Positions 37,301-51,079 of a DNA stretch of 64,000 nucleotides are shown here, in pieces. The notes under the pieces are model-generated. The model worked only from the letters and a program-made list of their open reading frames with translations. It was not told the DNA's origin and did not search any database. Every line of letters begins with the position of its first letter. Within the stretch, counting starts at the first letter, position 1. This stretch comes from Marsupella aquatica (Eukaryota > Plantae > Marchantiophyta): the NCBI GenBank assembly GCA_973895155.1, contig OZ316894.1:20404451-20468450 (forward strand), written 5' to 3'. A program made the position numbers and the translations under genes.

Positions 37301-40300
37301 GGAGGCCAATTGAACATCTCAATAATTTTGTATTGCACCCTTAGAATGTCAAGATATACAAGACCTTTCTCCAATCCAATCGATCAGAAGTCACTTCACA
37401 TAATTATCCAATGAAAGTAGTAGCACATACTATTCCTAAGAAAACGCCTGACTACTATTTGTGGGACCATTGCAAATTGAACCTTATTTGCATTATTATT
37501 CTCAACTATGCTATTTTTCTAGTATATAATTGATTGTCAATTTTGTATTAACGTGGAGATTCTACATATATATATATATATATTGGTTTTGTGTGTGGAA
37601 TATTTACAGGGCCATTGGAGGAAAAATACTAAAGTTGGTCTAGGAATCCTAGTTTATGAGACTGGAAAGTTGCATTTTGGTGTATTTTCTCATGACCACT
37701 ATGATCCCATTTCAAATCCTGGGTTAGACATCAAAGAGGTGAGTAAATTGTCTATGGATCACAATAGTGTTTGCTGATGGTCTCTCAGCTGTTTATTTTG
37801 TTTCCACAAACTGCATTAAGTTTGTTGTATTTGCTTTTTCTTGATAAATGATAGCATTGCAGCTCATACATTCTTATCTGTTTGAAGCCTCTTGAATCTG
37901 CCTTGGAAATGGCATTGGAGGACATACAAACCTCAAAATGTGGAGTTTGGAGAGCTATCATGCGCCACAAGAATATCATTCAAGTTATTTTTATATTGTA
38001 CTGGTGAACACCTCTTTCATTTAGCCTTGTGTAAACCCTTCAACAACTACTTGAACTAATTCAATTTGTTTGGATAGGTGTAACCTTCATACAAGAACAT
38101 TTACAATGTGCACTTGCAAGGTGTTAAATAGCATCTATTATTTAAATTAATACTTGAATTCCCTTACCTTGTGCTAGGGATCCTGCGCCAATTGCCATTC
38201 CTTAATATACACAAGAGTATTTAGTTATATCACTAATTAAAGAAGATCATGTAACTTGTCTAATATTACCCATTGCAGGTTAATTTAGAAAAAGTGTCCA
38301 TATTGTACAATACATGCAGTTTAAAAGGGAGAAGATTTGAGACAAGGTTATTAGGGTTCCACTCAAGATAACAGTCTAGTGGAAGAGCTCATGAATACCA
38401 CCTTAATTGCACATTGCAAACTTTACCAACCAGGTTCTCCAAGCTTGAAACTACCATGTAATTTGGTACCAGCTCAATAGTGAAGGAAACTCCAAAGTTG
38501 ACAATGACTCCTCAGCTAGAGGACATGAAGCTTGCTGACAACAAAAGACCAAAAGAGAAAGAAAAGTCTTCCAAGAAAGATACAAAAACTGAACAATCTA
38601 AGTCTCCTCCAAAGAATAAGACCTCCAAACAAGAGCCTCAGCAGGATTCATCAAAGAAGAGTGAGCAAACCACTGGCCACAATCCTACACAGTGATTTGC
38701 TGAGAGTCACTAGACAGTCTGCAACGTATTGCAAAGGGTAGATTTTTAAAGTGACATCATATTGATACACCTTTGGATACACTCTGGTAGTAGCAATTTT
38801 TCTATAAGGAAATAAAATGTTAGAGTCTGTGGCTTAAGTACAGAAGAATTGATACAGCTGGGTTTTGTTATTTATTCTAGAATCTGTATAGTTCTGATAT
38901 TCTGTCTGATAGAAATTTTATATTCAAATTGCTTTTATGCGACTAACTTTTTGGTCATAAACAAGCAAATGGTTCTTGCAAACATTTTTACAAGATAGAA
39001 ATCTATTGGTGTATGTACTAGCCAAATTACATCAAAGATTGTCACTGACACCCGGTGGATTGCAAGCCCCGTGAAATATCATATATTTGAGATTTTCAGC
39101 TCATGTACTAGACTTTGCCATTTCGTAAACCAATGATGAAGTTTTTTTTTAAAGCTAATCCAATTTACAAAAACGTGGTTCATATGCTTAATACTACACC
39201 TTCCTACATCAGTTTCCATTCAATATGTACAATAGCAAAATTGTGAATGTTAAATATTTCTGTGCAGGTAAAAAAGACTCAAAAGCCAAAGACGGAAAAG
39301 ATAATAAATCTAAGCCCAAGGAGCTTCTAAAAGATGAAAACATTGTCGATCCAACTAGTAAAGAGGTTGCTACAGTTGTACAACTGGATAGACCAGAGTC
39401 TCCAAGAGCAGTTCAAGGTCGATCACGTGGGATGTCAAATGAACAATTTTGGCGATTACTTCATGATGGCCATGTATTATTCTGATGAACCATCATCTTG
39501 TCTAGGATCAAGATTGATTATAAAAAACTCAAGAAAAGGACCAATATATTCACACTTTTATAGGTGCATTGTGACGAGTTATGCATTGCTAATTCTTAGT
39601 TTCCAAATTTGTCAAAATTACTGATTTGTGAAGTCTCCAGAGCAGAGAAACATATGCATGATGTTTGCAAGTAGGCATACTGTTTGCTTGTTATACATCT
39701 GAATGACTAACTTGAAGATCTTTGCAATAGATGTTGTACCCAGGTCTAGGCTATGGTCAGGTTGATCGCATGCTACCCCAAAACCACCTTTCTTGGGATG
39801 CATTTTCTGACATCCACAGCTATGTATGGTTCAAGAACTCTCTTTGTCTTTAATTATGGAGAAGATGCATGATTGTAGGACTAGAAAATCAACTCTATGT
39901 ACATTGCCAACATTTTCTCTTAACAAAGCTTTGCTGCTCAGTTGAGTTGCATTGGTGTAAGACTTGGATGGTTGAAAGTGTACGTGCTTGCTAATTACAA
40001 ACTGTCTCCTAGATATTTTCCTAATATCTAGGTGATTGTAGCAAAGAAGCTAATGTTGCAGGCATCCTAACAATTATCATGTTACCGTTTGTTTATGCAG
40101 ACTAGACAGCTTATTTTGAGGGAGATGGTATCAGCTTTTATACAAATAGGACTTACAAGATATCAACATGAGGATATTTCTTCAGAAGAGAAGGTAGTCC
40201 ATCTCTGATAATACCACTACCAAGTACTACAAAAACAGAAAACTTCATCAAGTGTTGACTTGAAGATTGCCATTCATGAAGTGATCCCAGAAATCACCTA

Positions 40301-42432
40301 TTGCACTATCTAGAATTAATAGTAGTGTACATCTGGACAAAAACAAAGTATGCAAACGAGTGGGCAGAAAGGAGGCACTACTGAAATTAAAAGGGTTTAC
40401 CTTGGGGGTTTCCCAAGTATGATGGTCACATATCTTATGCGGGAAGCTAAATTCTGAAAGTTCTATCTGAGTAAATGTGAAGAAGATACAGCTATGTTTA
40501 CTGAGTACTACATGATCAATCCTTAACACCTATATGTGTTTGTTAAGTTCACTATGATTGTTTCTATGGTATTTCTAATGATTGGACCCCTTGGGTAAGG
40601 GAACAGTTAATGATTAGACCCCTTGCGTAAGGGAACAGTTGCTGCAAGAAGATGTTACGGAGTGTAATTGTTTTTGGTAGTAGGAATGATGTAGCATTTA
40701 ATCACAATTCGCCTAAATCTCTACTCAATTGTTTCATGTCTCCCAGGTTGAGAAGTTCCTTGCTTCGCATCTTCCAGTACTGAAGTTTGTTGATGATAAT
40801 TCATTATTTGCAAAAGTGGACCTGTTGCGAGTCCAAGGTGTCCTCCAGACCAACAGGATGGCATTGGATAGATTGTTTTGTGAACTTCTTTTGGAATCTG
40901 AGACCCCTGATTACACTATCAAGTTAAAATCCTTGGTTCAATTTGGTCAGGTAGTTTCAAATCTAATAACCATTTACAATTATTAGCAAATCGATTTTAC
41001 ACTAAGCAGCTCCTTGGTCATTTAGTAAGCACTGAGTTTTTACAATCTTGTCCAGTCAGAAATCCTCAAAACTTATCAGATAGAATGGCCTATGTGTGTA
41101 GAAAGCAGATTTATTGTATTAGTTCAATTGTATAAGGAGGAAAAAGGGTACGGATACTCTTCTCAACAAAGGATATGCCATGTACTTGCTTGTCTAATGT
41201 TGTTGAGAAGAGTATCTCAATAATCTTGGTAACAATGCATTGACAAAACTGTGGGGGCGTTGTCTAACTAACCTTGTTCCCTACCTTGTCCCTGAAGTAT
41301 TTTCCTTAATTTGATCAAAGTAGAAGCATATTAATGTAATCTTTGATATATAAGAGCTTGTGTGAATCCACTAGAATAGAAATAACCAGGGAATGAACAG
41401 CCAATAGCACTACATCTAATTGTGTCCCTACAATTTGAAAATATGGCGATCTCATTCCAACTACCATTCAGACAATAAATCCTGATTAAACCAGCTTGCA
41501 CCAATGCAATGACCCTTTAAACAAGTGTATCTTTAAATTGAAGTACGTTTTTTCTTTAAAGTGCAGAACCGAAGACCTGAGTTAGATGTACCAAATGGTG
41601 CATTACTTCATCAAGTTGCACTTGAGGTTTATAGCATTGACATAATTCTTGAGGATGGTAGCAAACTCCTGGACCAAGATATCAATTACAAGGAATATGA
41701 AGTCATTGTTCTTCTTTTTGCAACAATGGTACATACCACACCTTAATGTTAAATTCAAGACATGCACAGTTTAAATCAAAATAAATAAATTATGTTGCAC
41801 ATACAGTGCTTGAATGGATTAAATCCTATAGCCAATTTGTTGCGTTTGGTATGGTTTAAGCATTGGTTAATTGAACATTCCCCTTCACACCTAACATAAG
41901 AAATTACCAAGGAAAGAAATTGGGGTCAGGAGTTTGGAAAGTCTCAATTTCCAAGAACATGAAAATGCAGGGGAAGGATTTGCCTAAAGTCCCAGATGAA
42001 GATGGATTTAGTGCAAATTTGGAAGATAAGCCTAGGAAGACTAGTCCACATGGAAAAAAATCACCAGAAACACAAGAAAAAGCAAAGGGAAGATCGTCCT
42101 CACCAAAAAAGGATCTCAAAGGAAAAGATGAGAAGACTTCACCAAAATCACCAAAGTCGCCCAAGACTCCCAGGGATGATATGTCAAAACCCAAAGGAAA
42201 GGAGAAAAATGAAAAGTTGCAAAAGTTAGGGGAGGTTGACACAAAAGATGAAAAAACAAAAGAAAATGAAGCTAGAGAGAAAGCTAAAGCCGAGTATGAA
42301 GATGCACTTGCAAATCTATTGACCAAATTTATAGTGGATGAGGTTGCAGTCTACAAAGCTCCAAAAGTTGTTAAAGGAGTTGATTCCAAAAGTACAAAGG
42401 GAAAACCTCAAAAACCAGCAGCAAAGAAGTAG
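34314..42432 (+). CDS. Multi-exon MORN-repeat protein, radial spoke head 10B (RSPH10B)-like
   Basis: Multiple Y.G.W/F..G..HG.G repeats in exons at 34314-34832, ~35322-35417, ~35699-35987, ~36898-37032 and ~37610-37738. Later exons (~38470, 39268, 40747, 41568, 41950-42432) are helical or Lys-rich. The exon structure of the 3' half is uncertain. Confidence 0.72.
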
Positions 42433-45400
42433 TGCTTTTTGAGCACATGGATATTGTTATTTAAGGCACTTTGAAAATGAATAGTAAAATGAGGCTGTGA
42501 TTGACTAATATTAGTTTTTGATTTTAATTCCTACCATCACTAATTGCTTGATATTCTACATTAAGAAATGTAAAACTAACTGATTTTGTCCAAACATCTT
42601 GAGCTTACAGCAGAAATCATGATGATCATCATCATCATCCTTGTGATTACTATATGTCCTCTTCGATCACCCCTACATCCCCAAATACAAGTATAGTATA
42701 GTGAAGTCATTTCATGCTCGCATCCAGATCAAGAATTCAATGAGTCATCTGCCCCCTCTTAAGAAAATGCCAAAGTGTGTATTAGTGATTTATAAAATCA
42801 TTATATTTGTGTTTGCATATTCACATTCAAACCAATTTGTTGACATTAACCGTCCCGATCTCAAAGCTTCAATTTCCTCACAGTCTCACTGTCTTGCTAC
42901 ACCGCTAATTGACTAGACCTAGCTGTTGCCAATGCTTGTTTTTATGAGTTGGCAACTTGTTGAGTTTTAATAAACCCTATTGGGGTTTTGCTCTTTGCTT
43001 ATCAATGGGTTTGAATTAGTATTAACCCACTTTAGCTTATTATAAGGAAACCTAAGCATCATTTGTGACAATTGACCCTTCAGACAGGTAGCCTAAAATA
43101 ATAGTCATTTGCAAATTCGGGCAGGTGGCATGACTCAGGTCTATCATGTATTATTACTATATTTGCAAACCTTGCTGCTGCTAAAATTGTTCAACTCAGT
43201 GCACATTGGTGGGACTTGCCGGGATATCAAAGAAAGTACAACAGACAGTTGTACTTACAAGCTGAGACTCATAGGGTGGAATTGGATTCAGTAAAGACGT
43301 TTGTGATTTTTCCTTTTGTATTTTGGAGTGTATTAATTTGCCATACACCTTCCCTTCTTTAGAGGAGGGCATTATGTGAAGTATCACAAAAATAGCAAAG
43401 GTAAAATCCAAATATAGGGTTACCAAATAAAACTAACATAATAACTTGTATCAAAATCACAAGATTTGTTTTTAACTTATTTCATGCCTTTGGACAATTC
43501 AGGCTCTTTCACTTGGATTGTCTATTTAGAGATTCACTTTTTCTTGTTGGTTATCAAAAAATCACTCAAGTGTTTATGTACATTAATCTCCTAGTTACTG
43601 GCATTATGAGAATAATGCCCTCAAAAATTGGCCTACGGCCCTCATTTTTCAAGGCATTATATCTCATAATGCTCTCTAACCAGGACATTATCCTATTCAA
43701 ACTGCTCCCCATGGGAAATCTAGTATTTTAAGTCTAAATCCATATCATCTCAGTTAAAATGCATGATGTCTTAGATCCAATGGAAACTTGGAAATCCTAT
43801 TTGAGCAAAAGGATTGGAATTGAATGACCATGAATTGGAAGATGTGAATTTGTTTCCTTGGCAGTTGTGAACATCAGTGACTCAAATGTCATATCCACTG
43901 AGAGTTACTAGTGCGTTTCTTTGTCTTGAATGATGCTTTCATTAGCCGATACTATTTTTATTACTACTGTGTTTCTAAAAGGGTTGCCCAAAACTGATGG
44001 CCACATCCAGTTAATCAATCCTAGCGAGCAATGAATTTCATGGTACCTACATTCATCCATGCTTTATCAGCCAGTGGTTATGAGTTCCTATCAAGCAAGA
44101 ATTTGACCAACCCATTGTTTTTAACTGGTGCTTGAACTGGTGAGGTCTTTCTTCAATCTTGTCCATTTGCAGCTGACTAGTCAGATTGCATTTGAGATCC
44201 AAGATGGTCTCTGGTTACTCACTTTGCTGGGGCTTGCGGGTAGCGCTGTGACCCACATTTGGGTCATCCCCTGTGTTGGGTTGGTTAGCAGATTTCTTGT
44301 CAAGTGCCGTTTTTTCCTTCTTGCATTTGACTGGAACTGTTGTTGAACATAAGACCTCCTTGTAGAGTGTTGTCAAATAAGTGATGTTTGGTAGAAGTGT
44401 TCTTGAAAATAAAATAGTAAGTGATCTTGAGCATAAGCAAAATAGCCAAGCAATTGGACACTCCGGGGAGCTGGTAGTCAACTTGCAACTGATTTCTAAG
44501 GGCTTGCCAGCTGCTCCAAGCGTGTCTGGTTGAGCATGGAAAGTATGCACAAATAGTACCCTTGGGTTAGGAAAAAGTGTTACTGTAGTCTACCCAGGGA
44601 GATTTCTGCCAAAACATCATTTTGTAAACAGTCCATTAGATAAAGGTATGGGCTTGCATATTGTAGTTTAGATTCATTAGCTTTTCCCTGATTCATAATT
44701 GAATTCGGGGGGGGGGGGGGGGGGGGGGGGCGGGTTGGTCTGAAAGTCATGAAATCTCCAGATTTTTCACCAAATGCAAGCAAAGGAAAATGGGAAAGTT
44801 GCAGGTGAAAACTTTGAACAGAGGTTGCGTTTGTGATAAGTGCAACATTGGCAAGCTTGCACTTATTTTTGGATGTATTGGTTTGTGGACAGTGATATTT
44901 TTTGCAGCGGTGGGCGTAGCACAACAGTGTGGACCACGATCTCTGTGTCACTGTCAATTTCTTGCTTACATTGGTTCTCCGTGACATTGTGCTGTGAGAT
45001 AGTTTTCCCAACATGTAGGGTGCAGTTAGACGCAGCTGACTTTACTGAAGAAATTTTCAGCTTTGTCTATTGACAAACCTTGCTGGCATGGAATGAAGCT
45101 AAAATCTGGTCTCCGGGCTTCAAATCCTCTTTGCTTCATATTTGGTTCAGTTGGCAGCAGGGTCAACCAATTTTTTCCTTTTTTAAATGGGCAATTGGGG
45201 TTCACTTTTATGACAATTCTTTGCAAAGCAAGTGCATTGGGTTATTGTATCAACAAATGCAAGGAGATCGTATGCTCAGCAATATTTCCAACACTTCCAC
45301 TCAACATCATTTTTAGTAAGGGGTAAATGTATCAATAAAGTAGTTCAAGTCTTATCAATAAAACTTGTTAATCTATCAATGAAAGATTTTTAGCCTAATT

Positions 45401-47155
45401 AAAACTAGTTGATGTATCTTAATGGCCTTTGTGGTTTTCCACTTGGTATTTTTCAGGGCATTAGGGGAGCATAATGGCTAGGTCAATATCTACTGTAGAT
45501 CTCCTCGTCAGAAAAAATGAGAATCGTTCAGGCCCCTTTCAGGATAGTAAGATCATGGTTCTGGAGCATTATGGGAACTAATAATCCCGTAAAAGCTCTC
45601 GTTTTTATGAGCATTATATCCCATAAGGTACTCTAAAGAGTACTTTACTGTGTACAAAAGATTTATGGTCTAAAAGTGTGGGTCGTTTCTCTCTGAATAA
45701 GTTGAATATTAGTGACTTAACCCTTAACTTTGAGGAGTCACTGCTGTAACACGATATCATTCTGTCCTGAGATAAATGACAGAAAGCCGGGTACAATTCG
45801 GATATCATCACGCAGACGAGAAACGATGCACTTTGTCACTTGATCATGTAGATGGAGATCAGTATGTGACATGCTTCGGAGAAATTCGGGCGATCGATGC
45901 TCGAGATTGCTGTCTACAAGAAATATCATCAAGCAGAGAGGTATGTCACAAACCAGCTTAATAGATCATTCTTCATGATCAGAGCTGGCAACAAGAAATC
46001 TAGACAAGTGGTCAAGAGGAAACCTGCCATAGATGCTGCTGATTAGTTAGGAATACTAACCAATTGCTCAATCGCTTGAAAGCAAGTGAAGGGACACAAC
46101 TTTTGAAGGCTTCAGTAATGCGGCTCTTCGGCGTGTGTTGACAAATCTTTGTCCCCCGTGCTGATTTAGAGCTGATGGAACTTTCAGCGGGGGAGGAATC
46201 AGAATCAGAGGCCAGTAACTTGCAAGTACCTCTTGACTGGAGTGAAGCTGTCTCAAAACGGTTACTGCTCAAGGTAGACTTTCCGTATTGTGCCCTGAGA
46301 CAATGAGAGTCAATGGCTAAGACATGAGAGACCTGACGGACCTCTTCAATGTCTGTCTATCTCAGTCTCAGGGACAGAACGGAAGGACAATTCCCAGGTT
46401 AGGGTGAGTTAGGGCAAGGATTGGACGAATATCGACCAAAGCAAGATGGCGAAATAGAATGCAGACTCGCTTTCTCAGCTAAGTTCACAGTTGTAGCAGA
46501 GTTAGAGAGCGAAGTCATTCGGAGATCTGCTGTCGACTGCATCTGAATTTAGTTTTCCAGCGTATGTAATTAAACCTCCGGTCCGGTTCAAGTGCTTACC
46601 TGTAAAGGTGCTGCTCAACATGAGTTGGCGATGGTGGACAATCCTACTCGAATGTAATGATTTAATTAAAAATCGCAACCGCAGAAGAACAATTACCACA
46701 TGGCTCCCCGGAAGACGGATTTTTTGGCTACAGCGCTTGTGTTGAAGGTCTTTTGCATGAGTTGTCAATGGCGAGCGATCCATCACGTATCTACCGTCTT
46801 GTGAGGAAATTGTTACCCGCACTAGAAAGTTCGCCGTAAGGATCTTCCTGAGGACCGTAGTTTCTAAATCCCATGCATAAGGCAGACGTTTCACCTTTAT
46901 TTGAAAACGCGGATTTACTCCAGGTGCTCCGAACTGACGGAGAGATAAGCAAGTGTTGCTCGAAATGAAGGGGGAACAAATGAAGGGCCTGGGAGAGGGC
47001 GACCTGATGATCAAAACGTGTGGGCAATGAAGTCATTCCAACGGGCATGTCTTCCGTCCGTGTCTCCGACATTGATTGATTGATTGATCGATTTCGACTC
47101 GAAGTCTGCATTGTCAAGCGGGATAGCGCGCGGACTGCATTTTCTGTGACCTACT

Positions 47156-48421
47156 ATGGCTCACAATTCAAGTCCGGTTCGAAAAGGAGGACAGCATGCG
47201 CCATTTGAAATCATACTTGACGAAGGTTGTTCCATTATTTGCGATGAAGTGCCTGTTAACTGCACAATCAGGGTGCTACCAGTGGACGGGCGCAGTCCGC
47301 CACGCATGAGCCCCGTATCGCAATGGATGGAAGATTACCCTTCTGGTAGTCATTCAGAAGGAGGAGAGGATTGGGGTCCTCCGCCGAGAGATAAATACGG
47401 TAATGTCATAGGATCCCCGATCTCGTCACCTCCGTCTCCAATGAGATCGAGAAGAAGCATCGCGGAGAGCGTGCGGAGGAACATCCAGGAGAACACTGGA
47501 GGAGCCACCAGTAGTGAGGGCATTCACAGGGGATTTGGAGGAGGCGAGTACGACATCTTCGCGTTCAGAAAACCATACTGCAAACACGAGTCTCCGAGTC
47601 CGTCCGCGACACCATCGTTCACATCTGCCTCTTCTTACACCACCTCCTCCAGCCATGAGCCATCACCACCACCCGCAGAGCAGAATGCTAGCACCGACCG
47701 TCTCCTGAACTCGAATCGGCCGCAGATCGCCTTCAAAAGAACCAACATACAGATAGATGGCACCGATTTGCGAGAAATGCACCCCACTTTGGAGCCTCCA
47801 GCCGCCGCCCCTCCTCAACTTCCTCCTCAACCTCCTCCGTCATCGTCTCGCCCCTCACCGGCGTCCCCTTCGAGAGAAACTCGATGCTGCGGCATGGCCG
47901 ATTACAATCCAGCCGACTACAGGTCTACAACGCCCGAGACAAATCGATCAAAAACACCCGAGACAGAGAAACCAAACCCGCCCGAGACAAATCGATCAAA
48001 AACTCCCGAGACAGATCAACCCAAACCGCCAGAGAGAGATCTATCAAAAGCGCCCGAGCGAGACTCTCGACAAGCTGTTTCTGCTTTCGTTTCGTCCACA
48101 GTTGGTGGGAAATGTACGTACCACGATTTGCAGCCGTGCCCCACTCGAGCCGGTTGTCGATGCAGGGAGAACCGCCCGGGGCAGAGCAGTGGCTCGCCGC
48201 CTCCTTCTGGCGGAACGGAGGGAGGGCGCTCTTGCAAGTATCACAACGCTCTCCCCTGCCCTGCGCTCGCCGGCGTTCCCTGCCGGTCCAGCATTATTGA
48301 TTTGGCTTCTGTTGCTGCTGCTGCTGCATCAGAAATTGCCCCTCCTGGTCACCTCCGTTCAGTTGTGGCTCCCGCTGCTCCTGTTGGTCATTTCCGTATC
48401 AGCATGAGGGCATCAGTGTAA
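47156..48421 (+). CDS. Orphan intronless Pro/Ser-rich protein with PET repeats and two Cys/His clusters
   Basis: 421-aa open frame in a GC-rich island; repeats PETNRSKT/PETEKPNP; motifs CTYHDLQPCP..CRC and CKYHNALPCP..PCR. Confidence 0.5.
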   Translation: MAHNSSPVRKGGQHAPFEIILDEGCSIICDEVPVNCTIRVLPVDGRSPPRMSPVSQWMEDYPSGSHSEGGEDWGPPPRDKYGNVIGSPISSPPSPMRSRRSIAESVRRNIQENTGGATSSEGIHRGFGGGEYDIFAFRKPYCKHESPSPSATPSFTSASSYTTSSSHEPSPPPAEQNASTDRLLNSNRPQIAFKRTNIQIDGTDLREMHPTLEPPAAAPPQLPPQPPPSSSRPSPASPSRETRCCGMADYNPADYRSTTPETNRSKTPETEKPNPPETNRSKTPETDQPKPPERDLSKAPERDSRQAVSAFVSSTVGGKCTYHDLQPCPTRAGCRCRENRPGQSSGSPPPSGGTEGGRSCKYHNALPCPALAGVPCRSSIIDLASVAAAAASEIAPPGHLRSVVAPAAPVGHFRISMRASV

Positions 48422-48569
48422 GGACACGCCCATCTTTGGTCTTCGTGAGGTTTCTGTTTGCTTTGTCCTTTTTATGGTCTCTTAGCTTTGGGATGTTGTT
48501 TGCTCTTTTTGTGCGCCGCCCCCCCCCCCTTCCCCTTTTCCCTTTGGCATGGATTTTTCTTTTAATCTC

Positions 48570-49000
48570 CCTTTTACCGGGTCTCCTACTTTGGGATCTT
48601 GTCTTGTGTCTTGTGTTTTTCTTCTTTGACAACGGATATATTTTCTTCTTTTGTTATCTCCCTTTTACTGGTCTCCTACCTTTGGGATCTTGTTTGCTCT
48701 TTTTGCCCCCTATTATTTTCCCATTGGCATAGTCTTACAAATCTCCGTTTAATTGTGTCTCCTACTTTGGGATATCTTTTTGTATTTCTTTGGCAGTGTA
48801 CATGTTTTCTTCGTTTGTTATGTCCCTTTCACTGGTCTCCTACCTTTGGAATATTGTCTGCTCGTTTTGCCCTCTTTTTACCCCCCTTCTGCAATTTGTA
48901 TATGTTTTCTTTGGGAACTTGCCTCCAGTTTTAATCTTTCGGTTGTATTTGTTTTTCTTCCCTTTATTTGGTCTCCTACCTTTGGGACCTTGTCTCTAGG
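48570..49000. repeat. Pyrimidine-rich array of the GTCTCCTAC(C)TTTGG motif
   Basis: Motif at ~48580, 48670, 48757, 48834 and 48970, separated by dissimilar T-rich sequence. Confidence 0.8.
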
Positions 49001-51079
49001 TTCTGGGCCTTTTTGTTCTATATGTTTCCTCGTTTTTATTGTGGATCTTGTCTCCTGTGATATACTTATATGTTCAGTTTAGTCCAGTAGATGTTTGTTT
49101 CGAATACTCTTTGTTTGGTCATAATTGTGTCTTCGTCCTGCTCTTTTTGAGAACGAGTTCCTGGACCAGGCTCCGGTTGTCAATAACAAGGCAAAATGCA
49201 GGAAGACCTGGGAACTGTTGGACCGGGGGAATAAAAGTAGGATAAAGTGATTAGTTGGGGGCTTATCAATCAGATCAGTCAATGCACAGCGGAAGAGCGG
49301 CAACTAACATCTGAAAACTGTGCAGGGGAGAGATACAAAAGAGTGGGGCCGCCAGTCCTGCCCCCAGCCGACCACAAAGCCCAGATGCAAGGTCTCAGAG
49401 TTTGCCGGAAATCTCCCCAGGGCCTCATGGTGCAGACGTGAGTTCTAAAAGCGTGCCTGAGTCGAACTCCAGACCAGGAAGCCCCTCCAGACCAGTAAGC
49501 TTCGGATGCGCAGGAGTGGCCTACCCTCCAAGAACAATTTCTCCTCCTCCTAAGAGCCCAAGATCAAGAACTCCATCGAGACGAAATCAAAAGTGGAAAG
49601 GTGAATTCATGTTGTCAACAGGCAACAAGATCCCCAAATTGTACTGACTTGGTTCCATAGTAGTCATCCGATCCATTTTCTAACAATGCCTCCGGTTCAA
49701 TCAAGTCGTTTCTGCTTCATTTGAATTTTCGAACCTTGCAATTCTACCTTCAGTGAGGGGTCCCGCTAGCCCGAAAATTTCATGTTTTTACACCACTGAG
49801 CACGTTCGATGACATGGCTAACCATGACAGTTTGCTCCCTGCAGGAGTTTGTCTTTAGCAGCATGAGAAGAACATGCCAACAGTATCAACAATTCTGCGG
49901 GCACAATAGAGGACAGAAGTGTCCATCTGTTTGTGTTTACGGTCAGAAAAAGGGACTCTTCTTGGTCTGGAACTGGTGAACAGTGGTATCCAATTTCGAA
50001 GCAATGGATTGCACATAGAGAGGGATGTGGTCATGTGTCCCGCTGTCCGCAGAAACTCAATGGAAGAGAATGCAAAACACGAGAGATTTAGTTCTAAGTT
50101 TTCTATAATTATGCGGAATACTACATCTAGGAGGCAGAGCATGAGTTTCCCCGTTTAGAAAGCATCAGATGACCAAGAAAGGTATTTGGGCTATCAAGCT
50201 CGAGATCTGCGCTGGGCATGGCATATTGATGTGCACTGTAACCAAGCCTCCTGAGTTCCACTGGGATGGGAGTGGATTTCTAATGACCATGGAGCCATAA
50301 GGCTTGCACCCAATAAAGTACTAAAAATTTGATTCTACTGGAAATTGTCGTTCTAATACAATTTGCATCGGCCACCAAGGCTGTGCATCCGATCATCTCA
50401 ACTTGACAGTAGTGGAAACAAGGAGGTTTTACCAATAACTTGCCAAGAAGGAAAGTAACTATCACGTACGACTTAAAGATGATTGTAGTGGGATAGTGAA
50501 GTCAACAAGGACATTACAAGGCCACAGATTGAACATTTGATTCCCAAATCGAGAGGCGGTCAAATTGAGAAAATAGCTGCCTTTAGATCATAGTTTCGAT
50601 GTAAAGTGATTGTCACGCATCAGATGACAATCCCAGGTGTTCTTATATACATCACCGTTGCAGCCAAGATTAGTTTGTTGCCAGCAAAGTCCAAGCTAAT
50701 GGAGTTTCGAGTGATTCACCCCCTTCAGTGGTACACTCTGCTCAGGGGTCAGGATAAGATTACTCTAGACTGATCATGCAAACAGTTTACCAAGCACGAG
50801 AACGATACATTGAGTGATTGAAACATCAACTACAGCAACAGCCCAAGCAGACTGAATAGGCCGCTGACGAATGCACACCTCTAAGTGCAAAGAAAATTCT
50901 GACCTGAATTTAAGTGCACTGCTTGTTTGTACCGATAAAGTTCCAGACATCTTTACACTTATACTATCTTCCTCCCACACCCAGCCTTAGCTGCCACACA
51001 TAAACGTTCATTAACCTTAAGTGAGTTTTCGGACCGGCTGTAGACGACAGACCTTTGAAGAGGAACCTGATGACTGCAT

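Noticed and set aside
44707-44730. Poly-G run giving a poly-Pro stretch in ORF 44580-45014
   Set aside because: Simple homopolymer; the ORF has no other protein-like features.
45600-46270. Fragmented minus-strand ORFs as a possible pseudogene
   Set aside because: Many stops and no family motif I can identify.
48570-49000. CRISPR-like repeat-spacer array
   Set aside because: The motif is short and degenerate, spacing is irregular, the spacers are low-complexity T-rich sequence, and the context is eukaryotic.
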